Assembly (NCBI GenBank): GCA_029882215.1
Contig: JAOULC010000016.1
Coordinates: 990 to 64,989, forward strand
DNA from: Gammaproteobacteria bacterium
GTDB lineage: Bacteria > Pseudomonadota > Gammaproteobacteria > SZUA-229
Length of the DNA stretch: 64,000 nucleotides
Reading direction: 5' to 3'
Both the position numbers and the translations under genes were made by a program. This document shows, one piece after another, positions 33,500 through 43,730 of this stretch (within the stretch, counting starts at the first letter, position 1; the number at the start of each line of letters is the position of its first letter). Below the pieces are notes generated by a model that worked only from the letters and a program-made list of their open reading frames with translations, was not told the DNA's origin and did no database searches.

Positions 33500-33528
33500 T
33501 CGATTATCGATTATCGATTATCGATTAT
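33500..33528. repeat. Heptamer tandem repeat (CGATTAT)x4
   Basis: Four exact copies 33501-33528 plus a degenerate TCGACTA at 33490-33496. Confidence 0.9.
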
Positions 33529-33657
33529 ATTTAGCACAAAAGCTGGCCTATTTCACAGCGGCTGGTATTAAATAATGTACAAAATAATGATTTAATTCAA
33601 ATTACCCACTCATCTGATGCTATTCCACTCTGCGATCAGCCAGCTTACAATACCGGT

Positions 33658-34566
33658 ATGACTTCACAACAAAAGCCTCGCGCCTACTTAATTGACTCCA
33701 GTATTTATATTTTTCGTGCCTGGCACTCATTCGATAATGATATTACCGACAGTGACGGTAACCCCGCCAATGCTGTCTATGGTTTTTCAGAGTTCCTGTT
33801 TGAACTGATTAAAAAAACCCGCTCAAGCTCAGGGGCCAGTTACATCGCCTGCGCCTTTGATGCCAGTCAAACCGATTCTTACCGGCGTGAAATATTTGCT
33901 GACTATAAGGCCAACCGGCCACCGGCACCTGAGGAGCTAAAGCGACAATTTAGCTACTGCCGGCAGTTTTGCCGTGCCGCTGGCATCGCTGATTATTCCA
34001 GCAACCGCTTTGAGGCTGATGATATTATCGGTACACTCGCACACCGCCTGCGTAAGCAGGGTTATGCGATTACCATCATCAGTGCTGATAAAGACCTTGC
34101 TCAGCTAGTGCTGGGTGAAGATGATTTCTGGTGGGATTACGCCCGCGATAATATGCTCAACAGAAAAGGTGTAGAAAAACAGTTTGGCGTTCGCCCCGAT
34201 CAGATTGCTGATATGCTGGCATTGTCAGGCGACAAAGTAGATAACATTCCCGGCATTCCCGGTATCGGTTACACACTGGCTTCACGTATCTTAAATAAGT
34301 TTCAGACAGTGGAAGACATCCTCGAAAACATCAGCGAAATTTCTAAAATGAAATTTCGTGGCGCAGCACGTGTTCAGAGCCTGGTCGATGAGCATCAACA
34401 TATTCTGCCAATGACAAAAAAGCTCACTTCCATTGTGACCGACGCACAATTTCAGGGGCCTAAAAAAGATATCCTCTGGCAGGGCATTGATGAAGAGCTT
34501 ATCCATGGTATCTTTGATTTACTTGATGCCGGCGACATGCGGCGCAAAAAGTGGTTAACCATTTAA
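33658..34566 (+). CDS. Stand-alone 5'-3' exonuclease / flap endonuclease (PolA N-terminal/Xni-like)
   Basis: LIDSSIYIFRA, YKANRP, FEADDIIGTL, SADKDLAQL, GDKVDNIPGIPGIG. Confidence 0.9.
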   Translation: MTSQQKPRAYLIDSSIYIFRAWHSFDNDITDSDGNPANAVYGFSEFLFELIKKTRSSSGASYIACAFDASQTDSYRREIFADYKANRPPAPEELKRQFSYCRQFCRAAGIADYSSNRFEADDIIGTLAHRLRKQGYAITIISADKDLAQLVLGEDDFWWDYARDNMLNRKGVEKQFGVRPDQIADMLALSGDKVDNIPGIPGIGYTLASRILNKFQTVEDILENISEISKMKFRGAARVQSLVDEHQHILPMTKKLTSIVTDAQFQGPKKDILWQGIDEELIHGIFDLLDAGDMRRKKWLTI

Positions 34567-34679
34567 CTCAGCCATCATCTACAAAATTTCATGAAGACAC
34601 TAATAATTTTCTGCTGTCGCTTTCTTTTGCAACCAGCCTCAGTCTGCTATACACCAGGCTGAGCGTTACGGAATAAAAT

Positions 34680-35225
34680 ATGAGTATACTTGTTCTTTTT
34701 AACAAGCCTTTTGATGTTCTTTGTCAGTTCACAGATGAAGAAAGCCGCAGCACACTTAAAGACTACATTGATATACCCGCTGTTTATGCCGCAGGCCGTC
34801 TTGACCGTGACAGTGAAGGGCTGTTGTTATTAACCGACGATGGTAAACTGCAGCACCGCATTTCTGACCCCAAATTTAAACAACCCAAGACATACTGGGT
34901 GCAACTTGAGGGGGAGATAGACGATGAAGCATTAATAAAACTGCGCAGGGGCATTGAATTAAATGACGGTAAAACACGTCCTGCTCAGGCAAAGAAAATG
35001 TTACCACCGGATAACCTCTGGCCGCGCAACCCGCCAATCAGAGAACGCAAAAATATCCCCACCAGCTGGATACAACTGACCATTACCGAAGGACGCAATC
35101 GCCAGGTTAGAAGAATGACCGCTGCGGCTGGCTTTCCGACATTACGGCTGATTCGCTATCAGATAGGGCGCTGGAATCTGCAAGGAATTACTCCAGGTCA
35201 ATATCAGGTCATCAATCTGGATTGA
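34680..35225 (+). CDS. rluE: rRNA pseudouridine synthase RluE-like
   Basis: [46 protein letters not shown]. Confidence 0.9.
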   Translation: MSILVLFNKPFDVLCQFTDEESRSTLKDYIDIPAVYAAGRLDRDSEGLLLLTDDGKLQHRISDPKFKQPKTYWVQLEGEIDDEALIKLRRGIELNDGKTRPAQAKKMLPPDNLWPRNPPIRERKNIPTSWIQLTITEGRNRQVRRMTAAAGFPTLRLIRYQIGRWNLQGITPGQYQVINLD

Positions 35226-35322
35226 GCACTGAAAAATTAACAGTTTGTTTGCACTTCAAACCGGCTTTAAAGTCCGTCTTAATTTATAGTATGTTTGGCG
35301 GTTCTTATAAGTATTTTCAATT

Positions 35323-36522
35323 ATGATAAAAAAGATTTCTACAACTCAGCTTCAGGTCGGCATGTTCATCAGTAGTCTCGATGCCAGCTGTCTGGAGCAC
35401 AACTTTATCAGTAGTCAGTTTGCCGTAAAAAACCAAAATATCATTGACAAAGTTATCCAAACAGGGATTAAGAGCCTTTACATTGATACAGACAAAGGTT
35501 CTGACATTCAGGATGCGGCTACCATCACAGAAGTCTCTCAGCGACTGCAAGAAGACACACTAAAAATTGCTGAAAAAAATGACACGCTGGCCAATCAGAT
35601 TCCTGTTCAGGAAGAAGTTAACCGCGCACGCGGAATTTACAAAGAAGCACATGGCATCATGCAAGACCTGATGGGCGATATCCGTCTCGGTAAACAAGTT
35701 GAAGTAGAGCGCGTGCAACCGATTGCAGAACAGCTGGTAGAGTCCGTTTTTCGCAACAAAGATGCTCTGATCAGTCTGAGCCGGATCAAAGACAAAGACC
35801 ATTACACATTTATGCACTCTGTTAGCGTAGCCGGGCTGATGATCACCTTTAGCCGCGCCATGGGCTTTGACATGACGCTGATCAAAGAAATCGCTATTGG
35901 CGGCATGCTGCATGATGTCGGTAAAATGATGACACCCAATAACGTGCTCAACAAACCCGGTAAACTTGATGACAATGAATTTACCATCATGAAGTCGCAC
36001 GTTGTTTATTCCAGAGAATTACTGGAAGGCAAACCAGGCATTACACAGGCCGCTCTCGATGTCGCCGCCATGCATCACGAACGCATCGACGGCACCGGTT
36101 ACCCGTTAGGGCTAAAAGGTGATGAGATTTCACTGGTAGGCCAGATGTCTACCATTGTTGATGTGTATGATGCGCTGACTTCTGTGCGGGTTTATAAAAG
36201 CGCATGGGAGCCTAACCTGGCACTGAAAAAATTACTCGAATGGAGCGATCACCATTTTAAGCCAGAGCTGGTTAAACAGTTTATCCGCTGCCTCGGTATC
36301 TACCCTATCGGTACACTGGTTGAACTGGAGTCCGGTAATATTGCGATTGTTATCGAGCAAGGCGAAAAAGATTTACTCAACCCAAAAGTTCGAATCATTT
36401 ATAACAAACGCATAAAGGGCCTGGTACGGGTAAAAGAAGTTGAACTGGCCAAGACCGATGACCGGATTATTAAATCGGTCTCACCACAGACTTATCAGAT
36501 CGACCTGGCCGCCTTTTATTAA
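35323..36522 (+). CDS. HD-GYP cyclic-dinucleotide phosphodiesterase with DUF3391-like N-terminus
   Basis: LQVGMFI N-terminus, YTFMHSVSV, LHDVGK, HHERIDGTGYP, DVYDAL. Confidence 0.92.
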   Translation: MIKKISTTQLQVGMFISSLDASCLEHNFISSQFAVKNQNIIDKVIQTGIKSLYIDTDKGSDIQDAATITEVSQRLQEDTLKIAEKNDTLANQIPVQEEVNRARGIYKEAHGIMQDLMGDIRLGKQVEVERVQPIAEQLVESVFRNKDALISLSRIKDKDHYTFMHSVSVAGLMITFSRAMGFDMTLIKEIAIGGMLHDVGKMMTPNNVLNKPGKLDDNEFTIMKSHVVYSRELLEGKPGITQAALDVAAMHHERIDGTGYPLGLKGDEISLVGQMSTIVDVYDALTSVRVYKSAWEPNLALKKLLEWSDHHFKPELVKQFIRCLGIYPIGTLVELESGNIAIVIEQGEKDLLNPKVRIIYNKRIKGLVRVKEVELAKTDDRIIKSVSPQTYQIDLAAFY

Positions 36523-37601
36523 CTGACATCGGACTGAAGGATGATACCTTTTATTTGCACAAACACATCCATGTCAAATTTTAGCTCCAGTAGTTTAAAT
36601 GATTTTTTTGATATACGTGCCAGTAAAATATCGTCATTAACAGCCAGCTGCAATAACACTTCGCTGTGAGTCTCTTCAACAACCGCCAGCAGCTTTGCCG
36701 GTAGTATATTTAAAATACTGCTATCAGCCGGTTTTGATTTACAAAGGCTTATATCTGCAGCACTCACTCTAAGTCGCAATCGTCTGCCTTTTCTATGCGT
36801 GCCTTTTACCTGCAGCAAGGTACCACTATCAGTAATAACGGCTGACAGACCAAACTCCAGATCAACGTGAGAGACTTTCGCATTCAGTACAACAACAGCG
36901 CTCTTTGTTTTCAGCAGAGGAGATTCGGCTGAGCTTAAGGCTTTAGTAATCTCATCATTAAAAATAACTCTGCCTGATTTAAGGACAAGTATCCGGTCAC
37001 ACAGGCGCGACATTTCATCAAGGCTATGACTGACATACACGATAGGAATACTCAGTCTGTCATGCAGTCTTTCCAGGTAAGGCAGTATCTCATTCTTGTG
37101 CGCCTGATCCAGCGATGCCATAGGTTCATCCATCAGCAGCATCTGCGGTTTTTTCAATAATGCACGGGCAATAGCCACTCTTTGTTTTTCGCCGCCGGAC
37201 AATGAATCAGGCATCCGCTCCAGCAAGCCACCTATATTTAACAGCTGAAAAAGCGACTGCTGACTGCTTTCATGCAGTGAGCCGGAACGTTTCATACCGT
37301 ATTCGAGGTTCTGCAAAACCGTCATATGCGGAAACAGCCGGCTGTCCTGAAAAATATAACCGATATTTCTCAGCTGAGGTGATATTGATTTTCTTTTATC
37401 AAGCCAGATCTGATCATTAAATAATATCTGACCTTTTACTTTTTTTTCTAACCCGGCCAGACAGCGCAGCAGTGTTGTTTTGCCGGAACCTGAGTGACCA
37501 AAAATCCCCAGCACACCTTTTGCAGGAATTTCAAATGAAACCTGTAACTGAAACAGGTCTTTTGATATCTCCACAGAACATGTGTTTGTATGCGCCATCA
37601 C
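36519..37601 (-). CDS. modC: Molybdate ABC transporter ATP-binding protein
   Basis: GHSGSGKTT, LSGGEKQRVAIARAL, LMDEP, C-terminal TOBE (SILNIL...QIK). Confidence 0.95.
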   Translation of the reverse strand: MMAHTNTCSVEISKDLFQLQVSFEIPAKGVLGIFGHSGSGKTTLLRCLAGLEKKVKGQILFNDQIWLDKRKSISPQLRNIGYIFQDSRLFPHMTVLQNLEYGMKRSGSLHESSQQSLFQLLNIGGLLERMPDSLSGGEKQRVAIARALLKKPQMLLMDEPMASLDQAHKNEILPYLERLHDRLSIPIVYVSHSLDEMSRLCDRILVLKSGRVIFNDEITKALSSAESPLLKTKSAVVVLNAKVSHVDLEFGLSAVITDSGTLLQVKGTHRKGRRLRLRVSAADISLCKSKPADSSILNILPAKLLAVVEETHSEVLLQLAVNDDILLARISKKSFKLLELKFDMDVFVQIKGIILQSDVS

Positions 37602-38269
37602 TGACTCCTGCTTTTATAATTGAGGACATACATCATTAGCATAGAAACAAAAGCAAAACTGATCAGAATAAATGACAGCATATGTGCCTGCGCATACTCT
37701 AGGCTTTCAACATGATCATAAATTGCAATCGAAATTAAACGTGTCTCGCCTGGTATATTTCCGCCGATCATCAGCACAACACCGAATTCACCCAGAGTAT
37801 GGGCAAAGCCTAGAACAGTCGCCGTTAGGTAACCTCTTTTTGCCATCGGCACAGCCACACTGAAAAAAGCATCAAGTGGTTTTGCACCGAGCGTATGCGC
37901 CGCTTCCATCAAGTCCTTACCTACTGTTTCAAATGCGCCCTGTAATGGCTGAACAACAAACGGAAAACTATAAATAACCGAAGCAATGACAAGCCCTGAA
38001 AAACTGAACGTTAATGCCTGACCTGTCAGTTCAACCCAGAAACTACCCAGAGTTCCTTGCGGACTTAATAAAATCAACAGATAAAAACCAATAACTGTTG
38101 GTGGCAGAACGATAGGCAAAGCTACCAGCGCTTCCACCAGCGGTTTGATTTTCAGACGCGTTGTTGCCAGCCACCAGGCAATGGGAGTGCCCAATACGAT
38201 CAATATGAGCGTAGCAATAACAGCCAGTTTAATCGTTAAAAACAGCGGGGCTAAATCAGGCAGTAGCAT
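37598..38269 (-). CDS. modB: Molybdate ABC transporter permease
   Basis: LPIVLPPTVIGFYLL, FAHTLGEFGVVLMIGGNIPGET. Confidence 0.96.
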   Translation of the reverse strand: MLLPDLAPLFLTIKLAVIATLILIVLGTPIAWWLATTRLKIKPLVEALVALPIVLPPTVIGFYLLILLSPQGTLGSFWVELTGQALTFSFSGLVIASVIYSFPFVVQPLQGAFETVGKDLMEAAHTLGAKPLDAFFSVAVPMAKRGYLTATVLGFAHTLGEFGVVLMIGGNIPGETRLISIAIYDHVESLEYAQAHMLSFILISFAFVSMLMMYVLNYKSRSQ

Positions 38270-38289
38270 TTATTCCGGCTCTCAGATTA

Positions 38290-39057
38290 TTAATGTACAA
38301 GGTAACCATTTTTTTTAATAATTTTTTTAGCATCTGCTGACCGTATATAGCTTACAAATGCTTTTACTGCCGGCTTCACTGATGTTTTGTTTATCACCGC
38401 CAGTTTTTGTCTTACCGGATGATACCATTTCTGTGGCACTGACCAGATGCAATATTGCTCACTGAGCCTCACCGTTAACAGCGACTTAGCAATAAAAGCG
38501 GCGGCTACCCCTCCCGCTGAAACATACTGGTAAGTCTGCAGTATATTTTCGCCCATCAGCATAGCGGGTCTTGATACATTCCATAAACCCATTCGCTCCA
38601 GCACTTCTTTTGATGCCAGCCCATAGGGCGCAATTTTAGGATTTGCTATGGCCAGTTCTCTGCCGGCGTGTTCGGAGACAGCCTTAAGAAGTGAATCAGC
38701 ACAGCCAGCATCATGCTTATCATTACTGATAAAAACAAGCTGCCCCTGAGCGTATTCAAATGTATCTGATGCCATGCCATTTTTCTTTAATAAATCTGCA
38801 CTCGCTTCATCAGCCGAGAGAAATATATCATACGGCGCACCATGCATGATCTGTGCATATAACTTACCGCTTGATGCCTGACTAATGGTAAAATTAAGAC
38901 CGCTCTTTTTTCTAAAATCTGTGCGAAGTTGCTTTAAGGTACTGTTAAAGTTACTGGCCACCGCCACTCTGAATACTTCAGTTTCAGCAGCCTTTGTCTG
39001 GTATACCATTAATACACTGACAACCATTAACATAACGATAAAAGTTTTTTTAAGCAT
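38290..39057 (-). CDS. modA: Molybdate ABC transporter substrate-binding protein
   Basis: VAVASNF, SSGKLYAQI-GAPYDIFLSAD, IANPKIAPYG. Confidence 0.94.
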   Translation of the reverse strand: MLKKTFIVMLMVVSVLMVYQTKAAETEVFRVAVASNFNSTLKQLRTDFRKKSGLNFTISQASSGKLYAQIMHGAPYDIFLSADEASADLLKKNGMASDTFEYAQGQLVFISNDKHDAGCADSLLKAVSEHAGRELAIANPKIAPYGLASKEVLERMGLWNVSRPAMLMGENILQTYQYVSAGGVAAAFIAKSLLTVRLSEQYCIWSVPQKWYHPVRQKLAVINKTSVKPAVKAFVSYIRSADAKKIIKKNGYLVH

Positions 39058-39068
39058 GCATTTGTTAC

Positions 39069-39524
39069 TCAGACTTTATGATACCTGGCAACAAACCGGT
39101 CCAGTGCATTGGCAAAATTTTGTTTATCTTTTTGTCCGAATACCGTCTGACCACCTCCGAGTTCAACGCCGGAGTTTCTGACGGCTTCCATCATATCCCG
39201 AACCTGCAGTCTCGGCTTTATATTCTCTTTTGTAAACAGTTCGCCTCTTGGGCTCAAGGCATAAGCACCTTTTTCAATTACTTCATCTGCCAGAGGAATA
39301 TCTGCCGTGATAACCATGTCTCCGCTTTCTACTAAGCGAACAATTTCATCATCGGCCACATCAAAACCTCCGGGAACCTGTAATGATTTAAGAAAAGGAG
39401 AAGCCGGTGTGTTTATATATTGATTAGCCACAAAAGTGATCAGCAGCTTTTTTTTAGTCGCCATACGAAATAAAATGTCTTTAATCACATTAGGGCAGGC
39501 ATCTGCATCAACCCATATTTTCAT
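39069..39524 (-). CDS. YaiI/YqxD family protein
   Basis: IWVDADACP, GFDVADDEIV, ITADIPLA. Confidence 0.92.
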   Translation of the reverse strand: MKIWVDADACPNVIKDILFRMATKKKLLITFVANQYINTPASPFLKSLQVPGGFDVADDEIVRLVESGDMVITADIPLADEVIEKGAYALSPRGELFTKENIKPRLQVRDMMEAVRNSGVELGGGQTVFGQKDKQNFANALDRFVARYHKV

Positions 39525-39525
39525 T

Positions 39526-39915
39526 TTAATACCCCAGCTCTTTCAATATAATTTGCATATGCTCTGCTCTGACCGGATTTAACAGCACCATATCAACAGG
39601 GAAGAGATCATGCAGTTTCTGCACAAACTCCTGTTCTTCTTTGTCAGCAAATAATACTAACTTATAGTCTTTACCGAACGGCTCGAGGCTGCGCAACAGA
39701 ACATCCAGATTACAGACATTTGCACCGGCATAATTGCTGCCATAACCATATATAAAATCCGCTACAATAAGATCAGGGAGCTGATGTTTCAGCTGTCCAA
39801 TCGCCTTGCGCATAGAGTTGAATTTAATCTCCTGCATGCCAAATCGTCTGTAAACGTCCTGCAGATCAGGATGAAAAGGGGATTCGATGATGGAAAAAAC
39901 TGTTAAGTCAGACAT
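39526..39915 (-). CDS. Hypothetical protein with degenerate receiver-like fold
   Basis: PDLIVADF resembles REC beta3; acidic pair and KP lysine absent; 1 bp from the yaiI-like gene. Confidence 0.6.
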   Translation of the reverse strand: MSDLTVFSIIESPFHPDLQDVYRRFGMQEIKFNSMRKAIGQLKHQLPDLIVADFIYGYGSNYAGANVCNLDVLLRSLEPFGKDYKLVLFADKEEQEFVQKLHDLFPVDMVLLNPVRAEHMQIILKELGY

Positions 39916-40200
39916 ATTAAGCTAACCATATAATAGACCGTCTGATTATAACCCACTACATGGCTAATTTTACTAAACATAGCAAAGCCAAAATGAATGT
40001 TTTCTGTATTTACCATTTTCTTGCTTATACACTTCTGCGAAATCTTTCGCTGCGCAATTCATATCTCAACTCAAAAGTTCACAGCCAGCAATCAATAGTT
40101 GCTGCTCTGTCAGGTTACCCGGTTACTAATCTTATCCGCCTACCAACTACCGAGCCTATCATTCAAAGCACAAATAATCGTCCCTACTGATTATAGGCAT

Positions 40201-41046
40201 TCACATTCTTTTCTTTTTTCTGCGTTTTAGTTCAAACAATACAGCGATAATTATTATGACGGCCATCATTGCGAGTATTATTGCCAGATAACGGTAATAC
40301 ACATCAGCCATACTTTCTTCGGTAAACGTTTGATGATCCGGTTCAACATTCTGCAATAAATGTTCTTTTTTGTTTTCTGATTCTTTATTCTTCAGCTCGC
40401 CTTCAATCTTTTTCATCAACACATCAAAATCGGCTTGATGCCCGCTTGCACTCAGTTCCTCTTTCATTTTATTCAGTGCCGCGTCAGCGTCCTCGAACCG
40501 GCCGGCTTTCTGCAATTCATTAACATTACTCCAGTGCAGATACCAGTAATAGGATTCATCCTCACCGCTACCACCAAGCGCCAGCTCAGCTTGAATAGCC
40601 TGCTGTTTAAGTTCCGCTGGCAGACCGCTTTTCATTACTGCATAAGCTCTGGCCGACAAATGTGGTGCATTTTCTTTATCAAGCGTCATGGCCCGTGTAT
40701 AAAATGTATCTTTATTCGTAATCAGGCCGTCAACCAGTGAGGCATCACCTGCGCCCTGATAATAACTGGCAAGATTTCTCGCATGCAAACCTCTTACAAA
40801 CCAGTACACAGGATTCTGTGCGTTCGCGGTTTCGACGTTATTCAATGCATCTGATATAAATTCAAATTCTTTCTTTTGCTGTAAATCATCCAGCCTTGCA
40901 TTATTGTTTAAATATAAAGCCACCTTATTTGCCGGCCTTACAAAACCTTTCGCCGACATATCAAATGCCTCATTAAACCCAGAAGCCTGCACTGCAACAG
41001 CAAACAACATCATGACAAACAGGTAACATATTTTCATATTATTCAT
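40201..41046 (-). CDS. Exported alpha-helical (TPR-like) protein with C-terminal TM anchor and basic tail
   Basis: Signal peptide ending VQA, helical pattern, LAIILAMMAVIIIIAVLF followed by KRRKKKR; overlaps the upstream gene by 8 bp. Confidence 0.7.
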   Translation of the reverse strand: MNNMKICYLFVMMLFAVAVQASGFNEAFDMSAKGFVRPANKVALYLNNNARLDDLQQKKEFEFISDALNNVETANAQNPVYWFVRGLHARNLASYYQGAGDASLVDGLITNKDTFYTRAMTLDKENAPHLSARAYAVMKSGLPAELKQQAIQAELALGGSGEDESYYWYLHWSNVNELQKAGRFEDADAALNKMKEELSASGHQADFDVLMKKIEGELKNKESENKKEHLLQNVEPDHQTFTEESMADVYYRYLAIILAMMAVIIIIAVLFELKRRKKKRM

Positions 41047-42283
41047 ACTTTATATTGATGTGCATATGATCGGCCTTATCGAAGGCATCCGGAATTCCAT
41101 TTTTTGGTTCTATGTCTTCCTCGAATTCTCTTGTTACCATTGGCCGGCCGTTCGTTTCCAGCTGCCAGAATGCCTCCAACTGACTGGCTTCCAGTGCTTT
41201 CCATAAAAACCAGTACACAATAGCTGAGCGGGTATCAGACGGAGGTTCATTGGCAACTATATCAATCGCACCACCCCTCTGATGAACGCCATTTAATGCG
41301 TTACTAAACCATTCATTTCTTTCTGGGTTTCTCCAGCCACCGCTTAACCACAATTCGGATTTCGGCACAGGCAAGGCGTTATTATTCAGATCCTGCATCA
41401 TCGAACCGTTAGCTTTATATTTTTCTTTTTCTGCTTCAAAGACAGAAACAACTCTGATCGCCAGTTCAGTCAGGCCATCATCTATCATCAAGCCATAGCT
41501 GCTTTCGGATAAGGCTGTACCAAGTAACTTAGCGGGTATATCGGGTATAGAACTTAACTCTTCACGCAATGGCACCGGTAAGTCACCATAGCCACCTCTT
41601 CCGTAACGGTTAATTCTGTAATGGTTGATATACTCCTGACGAACCATGTCTTTATTATCCATTTCTATCTTTCCTTGATACGACAGAATCTCGCCTGATG
41701 ACTTTCTGATATTGGCAATAATCTGATATGACAGTCGCGGGTTATAGTGCTCGTCATCAATCTCCGGCGTACCTCCGCCATAGCGTTGTCGCCTGCCATT
41801 TCCGCCACGACCTTTTTTATACACCGGTTCTTTATGTTTCAGTGGCAACGGTCTGAACACCAGCCGGCTATGGTCTTGAATATCATTCTGCAAATAGCCA
41901 GATACCCACTCATAACCACTTTTCATTGTCTCTTTAGTAAACGGGTACTTTGATAATATTTCAATTTCTCCTGTTTCTAATTTTGATGTTCTCACCAGCC
42001 ACTGCAGGGTTTCATCTGCTTTTAAATTAACAGGCAAATCAACTACAAACGGAATCTGTATTTTTAACGCCGATGATTGTGTTGTTTTCTTTACGCCCTG
42101 TTCAATACCGGAATGAGAGTCTACATATATAAATGAGTGGACTTTGTTACTCTCGGGATTGGCTGAACTGATAATATTTAATGGCTGTACTTCTGCTGCA
42201 TGCGTATAAAAAAACCAGCCACTGCAAAGACCCAGATTCAGTGAGAGAAGAAATTTACAAAATAATAGCCGAATGAGATTCAT
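41039..42283 (-). CDS. Exported protein with C-terminal peptidase M15-like Zn-binding motifs
   Basis: SGGWRNPERN...HQRGGAID (HxxxxxxD) and terminal HMH (HxH); N-terminal hydrophobic signal. Confidence 0.65.
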   Translation of the reverse strand: MNLIRLLFCKFLLSLNLGLCSGWFFYTHAAEVQPLNIISSANPESNKVHSFIYVDSHSGIEQGVKKTTQSSALKIQIPFVVDLPVNLKADETLQWLVRTSKLETGEIEILSKYPFTKETMKSGYEWVSGYLQNDIQDHSRLVFRPLPLKHKEPVYKKGRGGNGRRQRYGGGTPEIDDEHYNPRLSYQIIANIRKSSGEILSYQGKIEMDNKDMVRQEYINHYRINRYGRGGYGDLPVPLREELSSIPDIPAKLLGTALSESSYGLMIDDGLTELAIRVVSVFEAEKEKYKANGSMMQDLNNNALPVPKSELWLSGGWRNPERNEWFSNALNGVHQRGGAIDIVANEPPSDTRSAIVYWFLWKALEASQLEAFWQLETNGRPMVTREFEEDIEPKNGIPDAFDKADHMHINIKYE

Positions 42284-42309
42284 AGAACATAAATTATAGA
42301 CCAGCTATT

Positions 42310-43098
42310 TTATTTAACAATTTCAACGTCCATCCCCACTTGTAAACAGCCTGTTGAATCTGCAATCACATTCTGTCCAAAATATACTTTTGAGTCTTGC
42401 ATCCGGTATGTGCGTAAGGTTTTAACCGGCTCTGCAGACCTTTTAGCCGTTACAGGATCAACAGAGGGAATGCTGCAGCGGCTGCATGGCTTAACTACAC
42501 GCAGTGTAATGCCGCCTACTCTGATACATTCCCAGCTATCCTCTGCAAAGCTGTCGCTTCCTGAAATAACAATGTTTGGTCGAAACCTGCTCATCGCAAC
42601 CGGCTGTCTCAGACGGCTATTTAAATCATCCAGCGAGGCCTGAGTAATCACAAGCAATGGAAAGCCATCACTAAAGCCGGTGATATCGCCTTTTTTTGCA
42701 AAATTTAAATCAACCTGCCTCACTTCGTCGTCAGGAAAAAAAACCAGCCGGCATGGTGTCTGTAAAAACTCACTGAAATAATTTGCCGCTCTATCACCAC
42801 AGTCATGTGCCTGACAGACATCCCCCCATACCTTAACCCGTGTAACAGCATGTTTGTTAGCAAGCACATCAATTGGCTCAGCGCCCGGTCGCGTTATTCT
42901 CAGGCCAGTAGCCTGCACAGCGGCATTGATCAGGCACATTCGCGGGAACTGTCTTTGTGATAAAAACTCGCCTTTTTCATCGACCAGCATCCAGCGTCTG
43001 TCATGCTCAAAGCCAAAAGCATCAATCGCAGCCTTTGTAACCGCCACAGCAGCGGCGGATTTTAACGGGTGGATATATAATTCACTGACTTTCATCAC
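42310..43098 (-). CDS. MOSC domain protein (YcbX/mARC-like, no ferredoxin domain)
   Basis: IHPLKS, DRRWMLVD, FSDGFPLL, RFRPNIV, KPCSRC. Confidence 0.92.
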   Translation of the reverse strand: MMKVSELYIHPLKSAAAVAVTKAAIDAFGFEHDRRWMLVDEKGEFLSQRQFPRMCLINAAVQATGLRITRPGAEPIDVLANKHAVTRVKVWGDVCQAHDCGDRAANYFSEFLQTPCRLVFFPDDEVRQVDLNFAKKGDITGFSDGFPLLVITQASLDDLNSRLRQPVAMSRFRPNIVISGSDSFAEDSWECIRVGGITLRVVKPCSRCSIPSVDPVTAKRSAEPVKTLRTYRMQDSKVYFGQNVIADSTGCLQVGMDVEIVK

Positions 43099-43109
43099 AG
43101 CAATAAACC

Positions 43110-43658
43110 TTATTCTGATTTTTTAATATTATTCAGGATGCTTTTAAAGTATTCAAAGCCTTTTTCTCTGGCCAGCCTTATATTATTTCGCGGAATCTGT
43201 TCCGGCTGCGGATAACTGGAGAGGGCTTTTTCAAGACTGTGCTCTCTGATTAAATGCAGCATCGGGTACGGCGAACGGTTGGTATAATTCGCCGCATCAT
43301 TTTCCGGCTCACCTTCAAAGCAGTAATCGGGGTGGAAATTAGCCAGCTGATAAACCCCTTCATAGCCCTGCATTTCCAGCAGCCGGTTTGCCAGCTCAAC
43401 AAAATCCAGAAACGCTTCAAAATCTTTACACAGATTTGCATACACGATCAGTGTTGTTTCAATTTCCGCTTTCTCATCCAGCTGCTCGCACGCCCTGATT
43501 AACGCTTCCAGCGCATCTTCGATTTTCACTGTGTCCGACAGCACAAAATTCACCTGCCCGCTGTCATACTCCGGTTTAGCAAACGGGCAAAAATTATGGC
43601 CTATAACGATCTGTTCAAGCCACTGTTTAGTTTTCTCAATTTCGCTGTGCATGCTCAT
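43110..43658 (-). CDS. DUF1415 family protein
   Basis: IGHNFCPFA, ETTL, YQLANFHPDY, YTNRSPYPMLHLIRE. Confidence 0.9.
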   Translation of the reverse strand: MSMHSEIEKTKQWLEQIVIGHNFCPFAKPEYDSGQVNFVLSDTVKIEDALEALIRACEQLDEKAEIETTLIVYANLCKDFEAFLDFVELANRLLEMQGYEGVYQLANFHPDYCFEGEPENDAANYTNRSPYPMLHLIREHSLEKALSSYPQPEQIPRNNIRLAREKGFEYFKSILNNIKKSE

Positions 43659-43730
43659 TTCCTGTCTGCTAAAAATTATTTATGCCATCGTCTTTCATAT
43701 GCTGCATTTTCAGCGCGGATACACGGGCAT

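Noticed and set aside
39960-40190. 76-aa + strand ORF or Moco riboswitch upstream of the mod operon
   Set aside because: The ORF lacks an RBS and protein-like features, and no Moco RNA consensus was recognised on the - strand
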